Notes under the pieces: model-generated
The model's input: the letters and a program-made list of their open reading frames with translations, nothing else
Database searches by the model: none
Told to the model about the DNA's origin: nothing
Assembly (NCBI GenBank): GCA_949283135.1
Contig: CASDRM010000054.1
Span: 1-54,131, forward strand
Direction of reading: 5' to 3'
Source of the DNA: an uncultured Ruminococcus sp.
GTDB taxonomy: Bacteria > Bacillota > Clostridia > Oscillospirales > Ruminococcaceae
DNA length: 54,131 nucleotides
Position numbers and translations under genes: made by a program
Shown: piece after piece, positions 24,527 through 33,358 of the stretch
How positions within the stretch are numbered: position 1 is the stretch's first letter
Layout of the letters: the number at the start of each line of letters is the position of its first letter

Positions 24527-24913
24527 CTATGCCCTCTTCGGTTTGTCGTTCGCCGGATTATCGCTCTGTCTAATAACTTCAAAGCTCAAAAGTATATCTT
24601 CGCGGTAGTTGAGCGTCCCATTATCTCCAATCTCAACCAAATCGTACTCATTCGGTGTGACTCGAAGAGTGACAAGCTCGCCGCCTGCGCATTCAAAAAC
24701 CAAAAAGCATTCCCTGCCCTGCTTCTTTTTGTTTATACCCGGTATTTCGTTTTCCTGCTTTTCCTTGACGTGCGCGCCGGTGGAGACAATCGGTATTTTC
24801 CGGTTTTTGTTCCATTTCATGATTCCGGTCACCATGACATATACAAACGCGGCTAAAAACGCAAAGAATATCAGTACCTGCAAAATTTCCATGACGGCGT
24901 CCATGTTCTTCAT
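24527..24913 (-). CDS. DUF2500 (YhhM-like) single-pass membrane protein
   Basis: An N-terminal TM helix followed by a small beta domain. The C-terminal pattern VEIGDNGTLNYREDILLSF parallels the E. coli YhhM pattern GDKGTLSYKGTRFVSF, quoted from memory. Confidence 0.55.
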   Translation of the reverse strand: MKNMDAVMEILQVLIFFAFLAAFVYVMVTGIMKWNKNRKIPIVSTGAHVKEKQENEIPGINKKKQGRECFLVFECAGGELVTLRVTPNEYDLVEIGDNGTLNYREDILLSFEVIRQSDNPANDKPKRA

Positions 24914-25037
24914 CCCCCTCGAAGCACAGCTCTACGGTCTTACAAAGAATCGGTATACATTATAGCACACCTTTGCGGCAACATTCAACCCTTATTTTGC
25001 CTATTTGTCAAATTGTAAAAGCCGGAACATGGTTTGT

Positions 25038-25889
25038 CTATTTCCCGCTCTTTTCATTTCTGTACCTGACCGGCGTCATCCCGGTCTGCTTTTTGAAAAA
25101 ATTGCAGAAAGCGGCGTCGCTGCAAAAACCGCACTCCTCGGCTATCCTGGAAAGCGGGCAGTTTTCATCCCTGAGCATCATTTTGGAATGTTCAAGCTGC
25201 GCCTCCTTCTTCTTTTTTCTGAAGCTTCTGCCATAATTTTTTATAAGCATCCTCTGTGTCTGACGTTCGCTCATGCCGAGCGCGTCAGACAGTGAGCCAA
25301 GCGTAAGGTTTTTTAAATTGAATAAAAAGAAGCTCTCTGTCACGATTACGTCATTGGTAACACTTATGTCCGTCCTATTCGGCAGCCTTGTTATCTGTGG
25401 CTGATATATTCCGGCAAGCTCAAAAAGCAGCATCTGCATCAAAAGTGCCGCCTGGCGGGAGTGGTACAGCGTTCCCTTGTTATGAAGAAGGTAAATATCA
25501 TCAAACAACTTCTTTATTTTCCGGCTGCTCCTCCCGATCCAAAAATTCTGTGAGAAAAAAATATTCAGGAAAATATCCTTCGTTTGCTCAAGGGTCTCAA
25601 AAAATATGCAGTATTCGCACATCGGATTATCCGAATATGTCTTTTGCATATGATATAAATTCGGTCCGGTCACATAAACGACGTTTTTCCTGAGGCGAAA
25701 TGTCCCGTCGTCTGTGATCAGCTCCCCTCTGCCGTCCAAAATGTAATGCAGCTCATAACAGTTTGCTGCGTGAGTATGCCCGGGAAAATCACGGTAGAAT
25801 GTTCCCTTGATAATACTGAACGACTTTGCCGAGAATTTTTCCGTGTAAAGCTCAGACATTTTCATTACTCCTCTCATTCTGCTGAACAC
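25038..25889 (-). CDS. AraC-family transcriptional regulator (cupin sensor plus HTH)
   Basis: N-terminal cupin-like region (HTHAANCYELHYILDGRG). The C-terminal AraC double HTH ends in CGFCSDAAFCNFFKKQTGMTPVRYR. Confidence 0.85.
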   Translation of the reverse strand: MFSRMRGVMKMSELYTEKFSAKSFSIIKGTFYRDFPGHTHAANCYELHYILDGRGELITDDGTFRLRKNVVYVTGPNLYHMQKTYSDNPMCEYCIFFETLEQTKDIFLNIFFSQNFWIGRSSRKIKKLFDDIYLLHNKGTLYHSRQAALLMQMLLFELAGIYQPQITRLPNRTDISVTNDVIVTESFFLFNLKNLTLGSLSDALGMSERQTQRMLIKNYGRSFRKKKKEAQLEHSKMMLRDENCPLSRIAEECGFCSDAAFCNFFKKQTGMTPVRYRNEKSGK

Positions 25890-26026
25890 AGCATATCACA
25901 GTTATAAATTTACGTCAATACTCACAAATTTATGTCGTTAATTTGCATTGATTAAGCATATAGGCTGTTATACACTGAAATTGTCATTACTTATGACGCA
26001 TTATATTGTCAAAGGATCTGACTAAG

Positions 26027-28420
26027 ATGAAAAAACCGCTTCAAACAATTCTGCTTTTTGCATTGACCGCGGCAATGTTATCCTTGAACGCCTGCGGCAA
26101 TACCGAGAACTCAGAGAAGGAAGTAACAACAAAGAACAAAACACAAGGAGCTGGTCAGATGTACAGCCAACCACTTTCCGAAAGTAATATTGAGGAGCTT
26201 TTGAGCGATTATACCGTTCCTGAATGGTACCGTGACGCGAAATTCGGCATTTTCATCCACTATAGCGTATACTCAGTCCCCGCCTACGGAGACGAATGGT
26301 ATCCGAAATGGATGTACATTCCCGGCGGAACAACGTGGGGAGGAACTCCGGTATACGAATACAACAAGGAGACCTACGGAGACGTGTCCCAGGGAGAGGG
26401 ATATGGCTACAAGCAGTTTATACCTGCGTTTGCCGAGGGCTTGAAATCGTTCGATGAAAACAATATGGCGGAGCAGTGGGCGGAGCTGTTCAGCGAAGCC
26501 GGCGCAAAATACGTCATGCCCGTCGGAATACATCACGACGGCTACGCTCTTTACGATTCCGATGTTCAGGTAACCTACAATTCAGTCAACAACGCCGGAA
26601 TGGACTACATAGCCCAGCTCAAAGAGGCAGTTACGAAAAACGGCATGAAATTCGGAATCTCAAACCATTTCGCCGAAAACGATGGATATTTTGACGAGGA
26701 TCTGGCTCCCGAAGGCGCGGATATAAAGGAGACCGATAACACGCCTGACGAGCTGTACGGCGACGGTCAGCTCAATTCCGACTGGCATATAAGAAAATGG
26801 TATGACATCTCAATGGAAATAATCAACAAGTACCAGCCGGATATCATCTACTACGACTACGGCATCAATTACGCGCCCTACGACAATCTCGAGGACGCCA
26901 ACAGATACCTCATGCTTGCAAACTTCTACAATCAGGCAAAGGTAACAAATCCCGACGGAGTTGTATGCAACTACAAGGAGGGCGGCTTCCTGCCGTCGGA
27001 GGCAGTGTTTAACAAGGAACGCTCCTCGCTTGCTCAAATCAACCCTATTCCCTTCCAGACGGATACCTCTATAGGTACCAAATCGTGGGGATATACTCAG
27101 GACGAAGTGTTCCGTTCGTCTGAGGACTGTATCAAGGCTCTCATAGACGTCGTATCCAAAAACGGAAACCTGTTGCTCAACGTAGGACCCATGGCTGACG
27201 GAACAATTCCCGACGAAGCTGTCAAAACACTTAAGGCAATCGGAGAATGGCTTGATACCTACGGCGACGCCATCTACGCCACAAGACCATGGGTGACCTT
27301 CGGAGAGGGTCCCACAGGGCTCAGCTACGACAGCTACAGCTTTACCGACAAGGACATAAGATTTACAAGAAGCAAGGATTCAACCTCTTTATACGCCATT
27401 GTAATGGCTGCTCCTCAGAGCGCGGAGGTCACTATATCCACGCTGAGCACTGCAAAATTTGAGCAGGAAATAGAATCTGTTTCTCTTATCGACGGCTCAA
27501 AGCGCGAGAAACTTGACTTTGAGCAAACAGCCTATGGGCTGGTTGTCAGCCTGCCCAAAAACTATGAAAAGGATCTGACCGGACCTTTCGCAATGGAAAT
27601 AAAGGCAGCGAATGGCGAAAAGATATCCACTGTCGCCACTTCAGCCTCGACAGGCTTCAGCACCAACAACTATGCTTACTCCCAAGGCGTGTCGGTTACC
27701 GCCTGCCCTGACGACGGAACAGACATGATAGTATCGGAAAGCGGAACCGACGCCTACGCCACCTATAATATCTACTGCGGTCAGTCCGTTCCGGAAAATC
27801 TCACCGCGAGATTCTCCGGAAGCTCAAGCGGAAAGGTAGAAGTTCTCCTCGGCGGAACCGACGGAGTCAAGGTCGGAGAGATAGCCCTGTCTCCCTCGGA
27901 GGACGGCAAGTACCGCGACGAAGAGCTTGTAATTGATCTGAGTTCAGTATCCGAATCAAGCTTTAAGCTTACTTTCCTGCTTGACGGTGATATAGAGTTT
28001 ACAAGCTTCAGCCTCATCTCGAGAAATCCCGGCGACACCATTGAGGCGGAATCCTACAACGAAAAGCAGGGCAGCGTAACTGCGGAGACTACGAAAGACG
28101 ACCACGGCGACATGAATCTGGGCTATGTTGTTGCGGGAGACTGGGTAAAATACTCCGGAGTAAACTTCGGCGACGGCGTTTCTGCCTTCACAATGCGTCA
28201 CGCCTCTCAGCAGAATTCAGTGGCTGAGGTCAGAATAGACAGCATTGACGGGCCGATTATAGTAAGCGCTAACGCCGCCGGAAACGGCTCATGGGACAGC
28301 TATATCACCGATTCCTTTGCTGTTGAGACGGTCGACGGCGAGGCGGTGACGGGGACACACGACGTTTACATTAAATTCAATTCGGTATTCAACCTAAACT
28401 GGTTTAGGTTTGACAAGTAA
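26027..28420 (+). CDS. GH29 alpha-L-fucosidase lipoprotein with C-terminal beta-sandwich modules (last one CBM6/35-like)
   Basis: PEWYRDAKFGIFIHYSVYSVPAYGDEWY is the GH29 N-terminal hallmark. Signal peptide with lipobox LSLNACG. The C-terminus reads IEAESYNEKQG...VAGDWVKYSGVNFGDG...NWFRF. Confidence 0.85.
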   Translation: MKKPLQTILLFALTAAMLSLNACGNTENSEKEVTTKNKTQGAGQMYSQPLSESNIEELLSDYTVPEWYRDAKFGIFIHYSVYSVPAYGDEWYPKWMYIPGGTTWGGTPVYEYNKETYGDVSQGEGYGYKQFIPAFAEGLKSFDENNMAEQWAELFSEAGAKYVMPVGIHHDGYALYDSDVQVTYNSVNNAGMDYIAQLKEAVTKNGMKFGISNHFAENDGYFDEDLAPEGADIKETDNTPDELYGDGQLNSDWHIRKWYDISMEIINKYQPDIIYYDYGINYAPYDNLEDANRYLMLANFYNQAKVTNPDGVVCNYKEGGFLPSEAVFNKERSSLAQINPIPFQTDTSIGTKSWGYTQDEVFRSSEDCIKALIDVVSKNGNLLLNVGPMADGTIPDEAVKTLKAIGEWLDTYGDAIYATRPWVTFGEGPTGLSYDSYSFTDKDIRFTRSKDSTSLYAIVMAAPQSAEVTISTLSTAKFEQEIESVSLIDGSKREKLDFEQTAYGLVVSLPKNYEKDLTGPFAMEIKAANGEKISTVATSASTGFSTNNYAYSQGVSVTACPDDGTDMIVSESGTDAYATYNIYCGQSVPENLTARFSGSSSGKVEVLLGGTDGVKVGEIALSPSEDGKYRDEELVIDLSSVSESSFKLTFLLDGDIEFTSFSLISRNPGDTIEAESYNEKQGSVTAETTKDDHGDMNLGYVVAGDWVKYSGVNFGDGVSAFTMRHASQQNSVAEVRIDSIDGPIIVSANAAGNGSWDSYITDSFAVETVDGEAVTGTHDVYIKFNSVFNLNWFRFDK

Positions 28421-28444
28421 TTTAGCTTGGAAAACGAGGGAATT

Positions 28445-30322
28445 ATGAGAAAAATCTTATGTTCAATCCTTGCAGCCTCGTTAATCCTTTCGCTGGTGGG
28501 CTGCGGTCAGGAAAATGACAATGTCAAAAACAATTCAAATGATGCGGACGAAATAGTTGAGGAGGAGCTTTACGTGTACAACGAGGCGTTTTCAGCGGAC
28601 AACGGAGATGGAACATACAGCAATCCGTTAATATATGCAGACGTTCCGGACATGGACATCATAAAGGTCGGCGACGTCTTCTATATGGCGTCCACAACGA
28701 TGCATATGTGTCCCGGAGTACCGATAATGCGCTCGTATGACCTTGTAAACTGGGAGACTATAAATTACGTCTACAACATCCTGAGCGAGGAGGATAACTT
28801 CGCCCTCAAGAACGGCAGAAGCGATTATCAATGGGGCTCATGGGCTCCCAGCCTTCGCTATGACGAAGCAAGCGGCTGGTTCTTCCTCACTTTCAGCAGC
28901 CAGTCTACCGGAAAATCCTACTTTTATATGACAGACGACATAGAAAAGGGCAAGTGGTACAAGACCACCGCGGAGGTAAAATGCTACGACGCGGGACTTT
29001 ACTTCGACGAGGAATCCGGCAAGAAATACATCTTCTACTCCAAGGACACCGGAATAGACGCCATTCACGACATGTGCTACCGTGAAATGTATGTCGATTA
29101 CGAGGAGCATACCGTAAGTCTCGGCGATGAGGTCACCCTTTTCCACTGCACCAACTATGAAAATCCGCAGCGAGGCTTGTGGGGCGAGGGCGTCCACGTT
29201 TACAGACGCAACGGATACTACTACATCTTCTGCATTCAGGGCGTTGCCTGGCAGCGTCAGGAAATCTGCTGGAGAGCCGAAAGCCTTGACGCCAGAGGCA
29301 GATGGGACGAAGGCGGAGAATGGGAATGCAAAAAGGTATTCAACGGCGATATAGAGGACGAGGACGGCAACAAGCCATACGCCTCGACCGGAGTGGCTCA
29401 GGGCGGAATTGTCGAGCTTTCTGACGAGGGCGGCTATTGCTACCTGTTCCAGGATACCGGAGCGGTCGGAAGAATCCCCTGCCTTGCGCCCTTCGTGTGG
29501 GGCACCGAGGGTGAGGACAAGGACTGGCCCATTATGGGAACAAAGGTAGGAGGAGACGACGCTTTCAGACAAAATTACATGCAGCTTACCTACGACAAGC
29601 CGATAGACGACTATGACGTTAAGGCACTGATACACGACGACGATTTCGACAACTATGAGGAAAACTACCGCCCATATGACACAGAGTGGGACGGCTCAAA
29701 GGGTAACGGCGAGTACGACTACAATGGTTCACAGCTTGCTCTTCAGTGGCAGTGGAACCATAACCCTGACAACAGATACTGGTCGCTGACTGAGCGCAAG
29801 GGATATCTGCGGCTTACCACCGGCTATATCAGCCAGAATATAAGAAACGCCAAGAATACAGTTACCGTCCGAACCATAGGTCCTCAGTCGGCTGCAGAAA
29901 CCGCGATCGAGTTTGAAAACCTCAAGGAGGGCGATGTAGCAGGCTTGACTATATTCCAGAATCAGTACGGATATGTCGGAGTTACGGTGTTCAGAGGCGA
30001 AAGATATATCGTCATGCACAAGGCTGACGCCAAAGACGACTCAAACGGAAGAGACTGCGCAATGGTAAAGATAGAAGAGGGCGTAGACAGGGTATATCTG
30101 AGGATTGACGCCGACTTTAACGACAGGGTTGATAAAGCATACTTCTATTACAGGTTCAATGAAAACGACGACTGGACCCTTATCGGCGAAGAACTGCAAA
30201 TGGTATATGACCTGCCCGACTTCATGGGCTATCGCTTTGGTCTGTTTACCTTTGCCACGGAGGAGACCGGAGGCTACGCGGACTTTGACTATGTGAAATT
30301 CGACGATGAGCTTGTAAAGTAA
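28445..30322 (+). CDS. GH43 family glycoside hydrolase lipoprotein with a C-terminal concanavalin-like domain
   Basis: NPLIYADVPDMDIIKVGDVFYMASTTMHMCPGVPIMRSYDLVNWE is a GH43 five-bladed-propeller start. Lipobox LVGCG. The C-terminal ~200 aa form a beta-sandwich ending DFDYVKF. Confidence 0.85.
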   Translation: MRKILCSILAASLILSLVGCGQENDNVKNNSNDADEIVEEELYVYNEAFSADNGDGTYSNPLIYADVPDMDIIKVGDVFYMASTTMHMCPGVPIMRSYDLVNWETINYVYNILSEEDNFALKNGRSDYQWGSWAPSLRYDEASGWFFLTFSSQSTGKSYFYMTDDIEKGKWYKTTAEVKCYDAGLYFDEESGKKYIFYSKDTGIDAIHDMCYREMYVDYEEHTVSLGDEVTLFHCTNYENPQRGLWGEGVHVYRRNGYYYIFCIQGVAWQRQEICWRAESLDARGRWDEGGEWECKKVFNGDIEDEDGNKPYASTGVAQGGIVELSDEGGYCYLFQDTGAVGRIPCLAPFVWGTEGEDKDWPIMGTKVGGDDAFRQNYMQLTYDKPIDDYDVKALIHDDDFDNYEENYRPYDTEWDGSKGNGEYDYNGSQLALQWQWNHNPDNRYWSLTERKGYLRLTTGYISQNIRNAKNTVTVRTIGPQSAAETAIEFENLKEGDVAGLTIFQNQYGYVGVTVFRGERYIVMHKADAKDDSNGRDCAMVKIEEGVDRVYLRIDADFNDRVDKAYFYYRFNENDDWTLIGEELQMVYDLPDFMGYRFGLFTFATEETGGYADFDYVKFDDELVK

Positions 30323-30351
30323 GCTTACGGAATTGTCCGTCTGATATGATT

Positions 30352-30387
30352 AAAAAAAACCCAGGGGTATATCCCCCGGGTTTTTTT
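30352..30387. terminator. Bidirectional terminator between GH43 (+) and the LysR gene (-)
   Basis: A8, then CCCAGGGG TATAT CCCCCGGG, then T7. Confidence 0.7.
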
Positions 30388-30400
30388 ACGAATATTTATG

Positions 30401-31306
30401 CTATTGCCCGGACAGCTTTATCTCGCAGCACTGCTGTACCTCGTCTATAAACTTCTGCGCCGCCTTTGAAAAGACCTTGTACCTTTTCCAGATGACCGAC
30501 GCCTCCGCCTTCATTTCAGGCGACAGCGGTCTGAAGCAAAGCCTTGAATCGCCGCTCAGATTTATTATCTTGTCAAAGCATATCGCGTACCCGAGTCCCT
30601 CGTCCACCATCAGTGAGGCGTTGAACACAAGATTATATGTGGCTACGATATCCATCCTTTGGGCATCCGCGCCGAACCAGCTCGCCATCTGCCAGTCGTC
30701 CGATTTCTGCGCCGGTACAATGAGCGGCTTATCAGAAAGATCTCCGGGAGTAATCTTATCCAAAGCTGCCAGCGGAGAATCCTTTCTCATCAGCACTCCC
30801 CAGTTGTCGCGGATCGGAATCTTTACCGAGCTGTAAATCCCGGTATCCACCTGACTGTATACCACCCCGAAATCCACAAGTCCTCTGTCAAGGTAATCCT
30901 TGACAAACTCCGCGTTTCCGCTGAGCATATGGCAATGTATGTCCGGATACTTTTCACGCAGGCTTTTTGCCGCTCTGGCGAATATTCTCACCATGTCCGA
31001 CTCGCCGGTGCCTATATAGACGTCTCCCGCAATGACATCGTCCGAGCAGGATATCTCCCTTTCGGTAATGCGAACAAGCTCGGTGATCTCCTCGGCACGC
31101 TTTCTTAACAGCATTCCCTCTTCTGTGAGAAGCACCCTGCGGGAGCCCTTTGTACCTCTTATCAGAAGCTGCTTTCCGAGCTCCTCCTCAAGAGCCTTGA
31201 GCTGTGTGGAGAGCGTCGGCTGAGATAGATGCAGCGATTCCGCCGCGGAGGATATGCTCTGCTCCCTTGCAACAGCCAAAAAATATTGCAGTACCCTGAT
31301 TTCCAT
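30401..31306 (-). CDS. LysR-family transcriptional regulator
   Basis: N-terminal HTH (AAESLHLSQPTLSTQLKALEEELG) plus a C-terminal substrate-binding domain. Divergent from a five-gene cluster. Confidence 0.9.
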   Translation of the reverse strand: MEIRVLQYFLAVAREQSISSAAESLHLSQPTLSTQLKALEEELGKQLLIRGTKGSRRVLLTEEGMLLRKRAEEITELVRITEREISCSDDVIAGDVYIGTGESDMVRIFARAAKSLREKYPDIHCHMLSGNAEFVKDYLDRGLVDFGVVYSQVDTGIYSSVKIPIRDNWGVLMRKDSPLAALDKITPGDLSDKPLIVPAQKSDDWQMASWFGADAQRMDIVATYNLVFNASLMVDEGLGYAICFDKIINLSGDSRLCFRPLSPEMKAEASVIWKRYKVFSKAAQKFIDEVQQCCEIKLSGQ

Positions 31307-31440
31307 ATTGTCCTCTCCGTTTTACTGTTTTTAAAAATTATATCACTTGTTTATATTGATTTCAACTATATAAATCCGGATACAATAGGAAATAAATATA
31401 CAGTTGCGCATCAGAGCTTGTCTAAGCATAGCTAAATACT

Positions 31441-31504
31441 ATAGATATCTATTTAATATAAGTATTTGATATAATGAAAATAAAGAGCTATACTGATATC
31501 AGTA
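31441..31504. promoter_or_regulatory. Two perfect palindromes flanking an extended -10 element; candidate LysR operators
   Basis: ATAGATATCTAT at 31441-31452. TGaTATAAT, with the -10 at 31470-31475. TACTGATATCAGTA at 31491-31504, which fits T-N11-A. Confidence 0.4.
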
Positions 31505-31563
31505 GATACCGGCAATGATTAAGCCAAACCACAATATCACTGATCGAAGGGAGTGAGGCTGCC

Positions 31564-31806
31564 GTGAAGGACAAAATATCGCCGTCCGACCTCATACTCA
31601 ACCTTGAGGCTGCGGGATTTGACCGGCAGGATATTGAGAAATATCTTGACTGCTGGGAATGCGGGAAGGTCGGCGAACAGCTTAAGCTTTTGTCCGCCAA
31701 GCGGGACAGCCTGTTGGAGCATGTGCACCTGAGGGAAAAACAGATAGACTGCCTTGACTACCTCATTTACCTTATCAAAAAGAGCGAAGAATCGACGAAG
31801 GAATAG
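31564..31806 (+). CDS. Small helical protein, function unknown
   Basis: 80-aa ORF with a GTG start preceded by the SD GGGAGTGAGG. First gene of the cluster divergent from the LysR gene. No family recognised. Confidence 0.5.
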   Translation: MKDKISPSDLILNLEAAGFDRQDIEKYLDCWECGKVGEQLKLLSAKRDSLLEHVHLREKQIDCLDYLIYLIKKSEESTKE

Positions 31807-31873
31807 GCTTGTGCGTAATTGCATAACAGATAGATTTCAAGCTCTGTCATTATAATACGGGAGGACAACAAAC

Positions 31874-32719
31874 ATGACTGTGATTTCAAATAAAAGCTTT
31901 GACGAAGAACGCGCCCTGTACGGCGCTGAGAATGTAAAACTCATAGACTGCGCCATAGACGGTCCGGCGGACGGCGAAAGCGCCTTCAAGGAGGGCTCCA
32001 ACATTGAGACCGAGCACTGCTTTTTTAACCTTCGCTACCCGTTCTGGCACGACCATGGTCTTAAGATACATGACAGCGAGATGACCGAGCTGTGCCGAGC
32101 GGCTCTGTGGTATTCAGACCACATAGAAATAGCAGGCACAAAGATGCACGGCATAAAAGCTGTAAGGGAGTGCTCTTATGTATCCGTCCGCAACTGCGAC
32201 ATAGTCTCGCCTGAGTTTGGCTGGTTTTCAAATGATATAACAATGGAGAACTGCACGGCAGTAAGCGAGTACTTTATGCTCCGCTCAAAGAATCTGAACT
32301 TCAAAGACGTCGACTTCACGGGCAAATACTCATTCCAGTACATAGAAAACTCGACCTTCGATAACTGCCGCTTTGACACCAAGGACGCTTTCTGGCACGC
32401 CAGAAACGTGACGGTAAGGAACTCGGTCGTCAAGGGAGAATACCTCGCGTGGTACTGTGAGAACGTCACTTTTGAAAACTGCGCAATATCCGGCACTCAG
32501 CCGCTCTGCTACTGCAAGGGCTTAAAGCTGATAAATTGCAGCATGGAAAATACCGACCTTGCCTTCGAGAAGAGCGACGTCGAGGCGACTATCACAACGC
32601 CCGTCATAAGCGTCAAGAACCCTTACTCCGGAAAAATCATCCTCCCCAAGGTCGGCGAGATCATACTTGACGACGAAAAGGCAAAGGGCGAGATCATTGT
32701 AACCGGTCAGAAAGCGTAG
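31874..32719 (+). CDS. DUF3737 family protein (predicted right-handed beta-helix)
   Basis: The N-terminus SFDEERALYGAENVKLIDCAIDGPADGESAFKE and the repetitive NC-x-F/I coils resemble DUF3737. SD GGGAGGA. Confidence 0.65.
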   Translation: MTVISNKSFDEERALYGAENVKLIDCAIDGPADGESAFKEGSNIETEHCFFNLRYPFWHDHGLKIHDSEMTELCRAALWYSDHIEIAGTKMHGIKAVRECSYVSVRNCDIVSPEFGWFSNDITMENCTAVSEYFMLRSKNLNFKDVDFTGKYSFQYIENSTFDNCRFDTKDAFWHARNVTVRNSVVKGEYLAWYCENVTFENCAISGTQPLCYCKGLKLINCSMENTDLAFEKSDVEATITTPVISVKNPYSGKIILPKVGEIILDDEKAKGEIIVTGQKA

Positions 32720-32725
32720 GCGAAA

Positions 32726-33307
32726 ATGAGATTTGCAGCCGTTATAATCGCTGTTTTCACAGCGATAACGCTTTCCGCCTGCGGCGAGAAAGCTATGAAG
32801 GACGCCGCGACGACTACTTTGGCGTCAACTGCTTCCGTCTCAACGAATGAGCCTCAGGTCTCCCAAGGAAGCTCAGAACAAACCTCAGTAACCGTAACAG
32901 CCGAAAATACCGAAACCACCATAGAGGAGGATTCAATGAAAAACAGCAGCGTATTTTATGTAACTGTAGATGGTGTCACATTCCCCGCCGAGTTTGCCTC
33001 GGGCAGCGGCGCGGATGCACTAAGGGAGCTGCTTGCCGGCGGTGACCTGACAATCAGTATGGATGACTACGGCGGATTTGAAAAGGTTGGTCACCTTGGT
33101 CAAGAGCTGCCGACTGACAACTCCCAGACCTCTACCGAGCCGGGAGACATAGTCTTATATCAGGGAAACCAGATAGTGATGTTTTACGGCAACAACTCAT
33201 GGAGCTACACAAGGCTGGGAAGAATAACGGAGCTTGGAGGCTGGGAGGAAGCCTTGGGAGACGGCGCTATCAGCGCCACATTCTCGCTTCGAGACCCAAG
33301 AGCGTGA
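32726..33307 (+). CDS. Cyclophilin-like-fold protein exported as a lipoprotein
   Basis: Lipobox TLSACG followed by an S/T-rich linker. The C-terminal ~120 aa (FPAEF...ISMDDYGGFEKVGHLGQELP...EPGDIVLYQGNQIVMFYG) match the cyclophilin-like family often found in such clusters. Confidence 0.6.
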   Translation: MRFAAVIIAVFTAITLSACGEKAMKDAATTTLASTASVSTNEPQVSQGSSEQTSVTVTAENTETTIEEDSMKNSSVFYVTVDGVTFPAEFASGSGADALRELLAGGDLTISMDDYGGFEKVGHLGQELPTDNSQTSTEPGDIVLYQGNQIVMFYGNNSWSYTRLGRITELGGWEEALGDGAISATFSLRDPRA

Positions 33308-33358
33308 TAAAGATAACTTGATTTATACGAGACCAAGCTTCAAGGAGGAATATTATCC

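Noticed and set aside
28838-29635. A 265-aa minus-strand ORF inside the GH43 gene.
   Set aside because: It is antisense to a gene with clear GH43 motifs. Its composition (V/A/G/L-rich, no motifs) is that of a frame shadow. The same reasoning applies to 10075-10758, 18964-19809, 565-1224, 4180-4887, 35363-36007, 36034-36552 and the many short ORFs inside 11151-18233.
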